A stretch of 64,000 bases of DNA from the NCBI GenBank assembly GCA_030141605.1, contig JAQGDQ010000126.1:372001-436000 (forward strand), written 5' to 3'. Every line of letters starts with the position of its first letter. Positions within the stretch are counted from its first letter, which is position 1. A program made the translations under genes and the position numbers. Origin of the DNA: Tubiluchus corallicola. Lineage: Eukaryota; Animalia; Priapulida. Below the pieces are notes generated by a model that saw only the letters and a program-made list of their open reading frames with translations, had not been told where the DNA came from and searched no databases. Of this stretch, positions 56,201 to 64,000 are shown one piece after another.

Positions 56201-57347
56201 CTGCATAGGGTACAAAGTTCTAATATATGTTATACAGAAAATTGGCAAAACTGTCATAATCAGCATGTACAAAATCAAAATAACTGCTATCTTCATAAAC
56301 GACCTTATCTGGGGCTTCAATTTTAAAACTTGATCACAAACCCCTAAAAATTCTGACTTAAAACTCAACTGAAATCCCAAATGCCGATCCTGAACCATTG
56401 ATTCCGATCGTAACCTCAAGCCTATCACGAACCTTGAACACACTAATTAATGGTTTATTTCCAAACATTAAATAAATTCAACATTTCCATATTTTAATGC
56501 AGTTTGGTTTTGAAATTTGTAAGGATGCAGCAAATATTCCACGGGAAGATATGGAACTGTCAGTCAATTCCAATTTGTGCAGTCTGGATCATAGCAATGG
56601 CCCTTTCCCATAACTCTTGCTACTTTCAGTAAAATTTGCAAATAAAGTCTCATTTTCAATCGCGAATGGCAATTCCATGTGATCAGCAAATAACACATTT
56701 GATAGATTCAGAGCATATCGAAATGGTGTAAAGTATAATTACCAGCACTGAATTCATGACAGAATACTCAAAGAAGAAAAGAAAAAAGCTAGCACATCTA
56801 ATCAAATTGATTTCACTGGTATGAAAGAAGAAAAACAGTGTAATTTAATCTCGCAATCACTATGTCTGCTTACAGCTTGCTGGCGAAGTATAAACGGTTT
56901 TTGACGGATTCTAATGAACGATTTATGAAATGAGCCAGATTTGGTGCTTCAACAGTCTGACCAATGGGGTGAATTTCTAGGGCCGACAACACGAGAAGGG
57001 AAGAAATGGGCCCTGAAATCATTGTGAGAATGTCGTAGAAATTATTTAGAGTTGTCTACGAAGCACGTAATACTAATGCCTAATGGTTTAGAAAAGAAAT
57101 TGTCACCAAGTAAAATAGTCACTAATGATTTGGTACTACTGCAAAGATGATCACGATAAAACCTTGTACCACTGAACAACCAGGGGCTACATAAATAAAG
57201 TACGTAAAGTAGTTGAAATATGTACTTTACCAGAAAGGCGTTCAGTAACGCAGTGATTAAAAGGAAGATCACAAAAGAACAGCGACCGAATTTTGAAAAG
57301 TACAGTAAAGAGCGAAGCTACACACATTGCATGCGCATTCTAATGTA

Positions 57348-58943
57348 GGGAGCCAAGTAGCCCACTAGCCCAAGTAGACCAATTGGCGTACTTGGGCTAG
57401 CCCAAGTAGGACACTAGAGACAGGTCGCGAATTGAGTCGTTAAGTGTATTGACACCATCCGTTGTCCTTGTTTATGTAATAATAATAATTAAAAACGTTA
57501 GTACACGTTGAATAATTTATTATACATCTAATAAAATAAAAGAATTTTATTCTGAGCTGGTAGAACGGACAATATTAAATTTGGTTTCGATATTAATGTT
57601 ATTGAAGTGAAAAAACCACTTTTTTGCGAATATAAACATTTGCTTAAGGTATATCATTTTTGATTTTGTCTCACTTCACAAACAGAGATCCGTTTCACTA
57701 CCTCTTGGGCAAATAATTGTTTTCTTATAAGTAAACGTTTTAGCGATCTATGTGTCCTACATGGGCTAGCGAGCCATGTAGGACAGTGTCATACATGAGC
57801 TAGCGAGCCATTTAGGACAGTGTCCTACATGGACTAGCGAGCCATGTAGGACAGTGCCCTACATGTTACAATACTACTGATAATATTTAAAGTAATTATC
57901 TTTGCTTTTCCTAAATGTTAAAAATTACTTTTTGGTGTTGTGAAGGCTTAGCAGCATCTGTCTCATTTTTAAATTTGCAATTATTTCTGTAATAACTGTG
58001 TGCAGAGTTTCACTCTTTAAAGCATTAGATACTAGGTTTAATGATATGATGATATTAATGGAGCTAATCATAATCAGCGGCGGATTATGATTTTATGGGC
58101 CTTAGGCTTGAGCTTGGAACGGGCCTTTTAAATGTTGCTACACTGCTGAGCTGACGTGTTTTTGTGGAGCTCTCGTCGTTTGTAAAGGATGACAAATTAA
58201 ACAATTTATCACTGATGCATATTGAGTCAGATATGTTGAAAAAAATGGACTTTTCAGAAATTATAACTGACTTTGTCCCCAGAAAAATTCGGAAACTGAA
58301 ATTTTGAACTTAAACTTAAACTGTGTAAACGTTAATTGTGTAAACTTAAATTGTGTAAACTTGATTTGTGTAAACCCGATTTGAAATATAGTGACTGACT
58401 TTTGAAAAAAAACTTTTTTCTATATTTTATTTTGGCGGGCCCCTTGCTCTTTTGTCAATTTATTTTTTTACAACAAAAATTTTTTTTTATTTTATTTTGC
58501 CGGGCCCCTTTTGATCCCGGGCCTTAGGCTTCAGCCTATTCAGCCTATAGGGCTATCCGCTACAGATCATAATGATGAAATTATTGTAAAAAATGCATTT
58601 GTAAATTGCCAAGTGCTAAATGAGCTGCTTTGTTACCAAACAAACTCTCGTTCAGTGAACGAGTTACAAATATCATCGCAAAACAATACCTGCGTACTGC
58701 ATGCTGAGTTAAACACCTGATCAAGCAAGTTTTTATGACGCCAAACTGGCGACAACTCAACCAACAAGCACAATTTTTAATAAAATGAAGAAACTTTCGC
58801 AGAATTTTTAAAAATTTGACAAAATTACCGATTCTCGACAAAAATCGCTAGTGTCCTACTTGGGCTGCCCGTGTCGGACACTACTTTTAGCACATGGTTT
58901 TACCGGAAGTGTCCTACTTGGGCTAGTGGATTACTCGGCTCCC
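57348..58943. mobile_element. Non-autonomous TIR DNA transposon with TA TSD and repeated ccmakgtaggaca-type motifs
   Basis: Left end gggagccaagtagcccactagcccaagtag; reverse complement of right end gggagccgagtaatccactagcccaagtag. TA on both sides. Confidence 0.85.
58075..58565 (+). mobile_element. Internally deleted hAT element nested in the 57348-58943 element; 8-bp TSD ATCATAAT
   Basis: TSD at 58067-58074 and 58566-58573; imperfect TIRs cagcggcggatta / ctatccgctacag. 58188-58307 encodes DDKLNNLSLMHIESDMLKKMDFSEIITDFVPRKIRKLKF* (end of hAT dimerisation domain). Confidence 0.88.
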
Positions 58944-59245
58944 TACACTAACAATCAGTCAATCACCAGCAACTTCGCAAGTGAATTTTTCGAAGATTTC
59001 TTGTCTTTCTCTAGTAGTGGTGGGCTGAATATCGTGTTGTGTTTATTAATATTATAGTAATTATAATAGCCAATTAGGTATAACTGTTAATATAATTGGT
59101 AACTCACTGTTTGAAGTAAGTACACCTTGATTGCCATCTCTGATGAACGCCCGTTTTGCTATTAAATGTCTACTTTTGGGTCTAAGAAGCCTTCAATCGT
59201 TAATTTAAAAACAGCTAAACTGAAAGTCACATCAGCCGTCTGGTA

Positions 59246-61150
59246 TGGTGCACGGTAAAAATGGCACAGGAAAATGGTGCAAATAGAAAAGTAGGTAAAA
59301 ATTGCACATTATTTTGACGCATTTGATTTCTGTAATAAAACTAGAATGCGCTCAGTAGGAAGCACATCTCTGCCAAAGCCAATCCTCAATTTATTCATAT
59401 GATTTTTTTTATTACAGTAGGCGCCGCTTAATAGACTCAGTTTGGCTCTGACGTGTTTTGATCCAATTAACCGACTGAACCCGTTAACCGACGCGTGTAG
59501 TATTACTGGTATGTAGTATAAGTCATGAACTTAGGATGCACTGCAAAGGTTTTTAATGAATTTTAGAAACGAGTAATGCGTAAATTCTTTTGTGTAGTTA
59601 ATAATTAGAAAAAATATTTTAAAATATTAGTTTATATAAGTGAATTAGTGAATTAGCAATAAATTAAAAAGTATACTTTTCGAAATCACGCAAGTTTGTT
59701 TATTTGCAAAAATTACAAAAATTCCTTCAAAGTCGGTTGCTTCATTTTCTCGCAAAGAAGTTGGCTTACAGAGTTATCAAAATTATAAAAACGTTGAAAA
59801 TCTGTTGCCATGTGATGCATGTATTCTGTAAAACATTTAGTGCTTGGCGTGCTTGAGCTGCAGTTGGTGGTGCCCTTGTTTCCTCGCCAGTGGTTTTGAT
59901 GGTTTCTATAGGTTTCATCGGTTATTTGTGATGTGGCCTGAATGGAGAGCTTCAAAAGGAAACCTCTAGACAAGTGATTAAATGTTTAACTTCCAGAAAT
60001 TATTTGTGTAACAAGGTTAATTGCAGTGGACGAGCGGGTCACAGATTTAAAGCAAAACCTTTACACTAGCGTATTAGCGCATGATAAACGTGCATGATTG
60101 CAAACAAAACGGTACTTAATATGATTGTTTCGACATATGTTATAGTGCACAAAAGCGAAGTAAGGATGACATAAAAGTAGTAAAGGCTCTTTGGGCACAT
60201 GCAAATGTCTTATTTTAAATACGTGAAGGAAAAATATTGAATCAGTTATGCAGAGTTATTTGAGTTAATTATCCGCACTTTTTAAGCACATTAGAATAGG
60301 AGATAGGAGCGGCCCATACTAGGCGTTTTTGTGTCAGTTAAGCGATTGAGTCTATTAGCCATGAGCCAAATAAATAGCGCCTAGTGTAAAAAAAATAACA
60401 TAAAGATAGCAAACATACAAAAATGTACCTGTATTGGTATTATATAAACTAGTAAAAAACTCACAAAAGATTTATAATCAATAATGCATGAATGTTTCAC
60501 ATAGTTTTTATCCACCTTTTTAACCATTAATTCTGGCAATAGTAATAGCTGACTGAGTAATATATACATACCAAGTCACCTTATAAGGCCATTCACATCA
60601 TAAGCAAAGGTTATACACAGTTTTACAAGCAAGAATTTCTCGAATTGGAAATGGAACTAACTCGTAGTTGTTTTGTCCAGGTGGAGATAATAAAAAAGAA
60701 GTACTAAACGCTCCCTATGAATGTTTTTTTGTACACTGTATTCGGTCAAGTTTTGCGAAAAAAGAACTAGTGAAAAGATCACAAACTTTCTTGGAAATTT
60801 GTTAGACAGTTTTTGCATAATGGGCTTACTGCCATAGCAGACAAAAAACAACCAAATCGAACAGACAAACAAACAAACTGTGTTGAAGCATAACTTCCTT
60901 GGTGCAGAGGTAAAAATATCTAAAATAATTATCCCCCACTGTAACCCTAACCCTAAACGCATATTTTACAAAGCATGCCATTTTTTCCTGTGTCATTGTT
61001 ACCAGTGACATTTTTACCTACATTTGTATTTGTGCTATTTTACCTGTGCCATTTATACCATGCCATTTTTTCCTGTGCCATTGTTACCTGTGCCATTCTC
61101 ACCAAATTTTCCATTTGTGCAATTTTTTCTGTACCATTTTTACCGTACAT
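59246..61150. mobile_element. Foldback-like element with inverted arrays of ~15-bp ggtaaaaatggcaca subrepeats
   Basis: Left end ggtgcacggtaaaaatggcacagg; right array (tgtgccatttttacc-like)n ends ...ccatttttaccgtaca; internal taaccctaaccctaa at ~60942. Another left end at 21059. Confidence 0.65.
59415..60386 (-). mobile_element. Tigger/pogo-like deletion derivative with TA TSD
   Basis: ta|cagtaggcgc ... gcgcctagtg|ta. The - ORF ends MKQPTLKEFL (Tigger-like C-terminus). The homologous copy at ~22020 lacks the insertion. Confidence 0.8.
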
Positions 61151-62097
61151 TACAATCAACGACAAATGCTTCCTGAAATTTCAGTTTTAAAAATCTTTGA
61201 GTAACTGGGTCTAACGATGTCAAATTTAATGATCATATTGCTGAACTAGAAAAGAAAACCAATAGACATACTGCCTATTGGTATGACAAAGTGAACAGTA
61301 ATCATTATAGATTCATCTGTCATTTTGCCTTTATATTTGCCATAGTCAATGCAATGTCTTAAAGCAATTCAGAAACATTGTATTTGCTTAATGCATTATA
61401 TTGATTTATCGTCTTTGTCTTCTCTAGAACAAAGGCATAACACAGTAACTCTATTGATTTGGTAAATGCACATAATATTTTAAGTGATAGTGCCATATTG
61501 CAGTTAATTGATTTCTTTTCTAGACCTTTCCATTTGCTTCGGAGACACCCTGATAAACTTTTTTGCCACAATGTTAGAACTAATGTATGTAGTCTAACTA
61601 GTATACCTATTTAACTGCATGTGATCAGCTAAAAGATTTGAGTTTGCATGTAATATATCTAGAACATCGCTGACATACAACAAAAATAAAATTAGAACCA
61701 GAATTGAATCAGGGGAACTCCACACCTCACTAGATCGCATTCAGAAATACCACTTCTGCCTTTTATTACCTAGAAATTATACTTTTAAGTACCACTCATA
61801 GAATACTTAATATTGTTTTCTAAACAGCAAACGAAGTCCACATTATTATTCTGGTGAATTCAAATTATAGTCTTTTGTAATTTTATATGTAAAGCAATGT
61901 TGCTGTTGGATTTCCTAAATTGTGTTCATTCCTTGTTCATTCACAACTGAAGATCTAACGTTGAAGACTGTGAAGTACTTAAGCAAACCAGTGAATAAAT
62001 TCAATGTGAGAATAAATTTCTGCACCTGTTCACTGTTAAGCTTCAATGTTAAGGCTTGTGTTGTAATAATCATAATCGTTTGTTTTGTAGATTAACT

Positions 62098-62266
62098 ATG
62101 ATGCTCCTGAAATTTGTGCGTTCGACTCCTATCAGTAAAGTATTCATTCGGTCATACAGTGCTGCTACTGCTGCTACTACTACAGCAAAAGAGGTGTTTG
62201 AAAGAGAGGATAAATATGGAGCTCATAATTATGCCCCTATTCCTGTTGCTCTATGTAAAGGCCAAG
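62098..62266 (+). CDS. OAT: Ornithine aminotransferase, first coding exon (mitochondrial presequence plus N-terminus)
   Basis: Acceptor ttttgtAG ends at 62090; ATG at 62098. R/S/K-rich, acid-free presequence, then EVFEREDKYGAHNYAPIPVALCKGQG. Donor G|GTATAA. Confidence 0.93.
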
Positions 62267-62434
62267 GTATAATATATTATCCCAGTGGTGTAATTAAACC
62301 TTGTCTGTTAGCTAATTTTGATGACGACATCTCCTAGATCAAAAATTTTTATAATTTAGAAATTTTCAAATTAATTTTGTGTTGTCTTACAAAATTCTTC
62401 CCTACTGACTAACTTTTACCATTTTTTTCTGCAG

Positions 62435-62547
62435 GTATCTTTGTTTGGGATGTTGAAGGCAAGAGGTATTATGACTTTCTAAGTGCATACAGTGCACTGA
62501 ACCAAGGCCATTGTCACCCGAAAATAAAAAAAGCCTTAATAGACCAA
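62435..62547 (+). CDS. OAT: Ornithine aminotransferase, second coding exon; gene continues beyond window
   Basis: Branch-like tgactaac, acceptor tttttttctgcAG. Peptide (G)[37 protein letters not shown]. Donor CAA|GTACGT. Confidence 0.94.
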
Positions 62548-63056
62548 GTACGTAATGCCAAATGCAGTACCAGTATTGCCTATTGTAAAGCTATTGTGAA
62601 GCAAAAATCTGAAGAATTGACAATGTAGGATTCCTGCGATCTGTAATGTATGAACTGCATGCTCCATTTAAGTTTTTCCATCTGTCATTCAAACTAATGG
62701 TTGCCATTAAATTACTGTTGGGGTTTGGTGTGCTGTGTGAAATGACTTATCTTCATTTTTAAACTTATAGTAACAAATGTCGAGTTTTTCCTAATTGGTA
62801 GAGTGATTAGCTAGATATAGGTCATTAAGAGTTTTTATTAAATTTCGTTAGTATTTCATTTACACAAAAATGTATTTTTTTGTGCATGACATTGGTCTTT
62901 TTTGAATTGCAAAGATCCATACTCTACAAGCACTTAACTTCGAGTACAGTAATAGCAGAATACAGAAATTTGTTCGATAGTGGTTCGTTCATTTTGTGTA
63001 GGTGGGTTATGTCTTCGCTGAAAACATGACATTCTTTTTATCCAATTGGGACTATT

Positions 63057-63190
63057 CCGTAGGCGCCGTTTTATTAAATTCACGGTTAATAGACTCAGTC
63101 GCTCAATTGACTCAAAAACACCTGAACGGGCCACTCCTATTCAAGCGCATATAAAAACTGTCCGTAATTGACTCAATAGTTTTCTTTCAC
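63057..63190. mobile_element. Terminus of the same Tigger-like family in OAT intron
   Basis: ccgtaggcgccgttttattaaattcacggttaatagactcagtcgctcaattgac matches the reverse complement of 60331-60386. Confidence 0.6.
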
Positions 63191-63438
63191 GTACTCAAAA
63201 TGAGACACTTGAGCGTGCCCAAAGAATTTTTACTGCTTTTATGTTATCGTTACTTGAATTCTGTGCACTATAATGTACATAGAGCAGTCACGTTACGTAC
63301 AGCTTTGTTTATAAGCAGCTACAGTAGGTTTATCATATGTGCTAATTAGCTGGGTAGCGGTTTTGCTTTGAATCTGTCGCCCGCTTATCGGCTGCAATTA
63401 ACCTCGTTTTTCCTGCTTGCTCAACATTCATTTTGCTT

Positions 63439-63948
63439 TTAAAGCTCCTGCTGCTTTTCACAAGGTCAAGCTGCAGCTCAAGCACTAGGTGACTAGGCAT
63501 TTTGCATGAATATGTGCGACATACAGCAACAGATTTTCAATGTTTTTATCAATATGAGAATTTCATAAACCAACTTTTTCGTGAAGAAATAAAGCAACTA
63601 ACGTTGAATGAATTTTTGTAATTTTTAAGAACGCGTCCGCGAGAAGACCATGCAAAATCGAAAAATTCCGGCACAAGGCTAGGTAACCGATTCGGACCAA
63701 AGTTCGGGTATGAGGTCCGTTTGGTCCAACTCCTCATAGTAGCAGAGGTACGGCATAGGCCGATTTTCATGAAAAAATACCTATTTTTCTCTATTTTTTA
63801 CTCATATTTGAAGGCTTTAGCCATGCAGCAACCACTGAGTTTGAATAGATCTGACTCTGCACAGTATTGGATTTTGTTATCCTCTCCAAAATGACATTTC
63901 GACTTTTGTCCCAAACCCCCCTCTTTCGGCTCTACTGGGGGTCTTTAA
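63439..63948. mobile_element. Possible Kolobok-like non-autonomous element
   Basis: Termini ttaaagctcctg ... ctgggggtctttaa; internal ccgattttcatgaaa and ccgattcggaccaaa motifs. Confidence 0.35.
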
Positions 63949-64000
63949 GCTCGCATTACGCACAAGATGCAAATACTCAGTCATTTCAAAGTCTTATATC

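Noticed and set aside
60942-60956. (TAACCC)n telomere-like sequence
   Set aside because: Only ~2.5 units, inside a repeat element; not a telomere.

Overview
AT-rich metazoan genomic DNA, probably from a protostome invertebrate. It is intron-containing and repeat-dense, with no prokaryotic features such as operons or CRISPR. Three protein-coding genes are supported. (1) The terminal exon (TM3-TM7 plus tail) of an ecdysis-triggering-hormone-receptor-like class A GPCR on + (18688-19508); its 5' exon(s) are not visible in the window. (2) A complete six-coding-exon ARMC6 on - (53485->46387, 472 aa by my exon assembly). (3) The first two coding exons of ornithine aminotransferase (OAT) on + (from 62098), head-to-head with ARMC6. 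The rest is microsatellites, minisatellites and transposable-element debris: RTE/RTE-X-, CR1- and L2-like LINE remnants, a Penelope-like remnant with a degenerate hammerhead motif, a solo LTR, hAT and Tc1/mariner-Tigger derivatives with readable TSDs, foldback-like elements and SINEs. The most interesting structures are a 27 x 41-bp hairpin minisatellite with linked variants and an unamplified relative 2.3 kb away, and a nested transposon stack in what may be the ARMC6/OAT bidirectional promoter. I cannot support a claim of a genuinely new biological system from sequence alone. All family assignments are by motif recognition, not database search.
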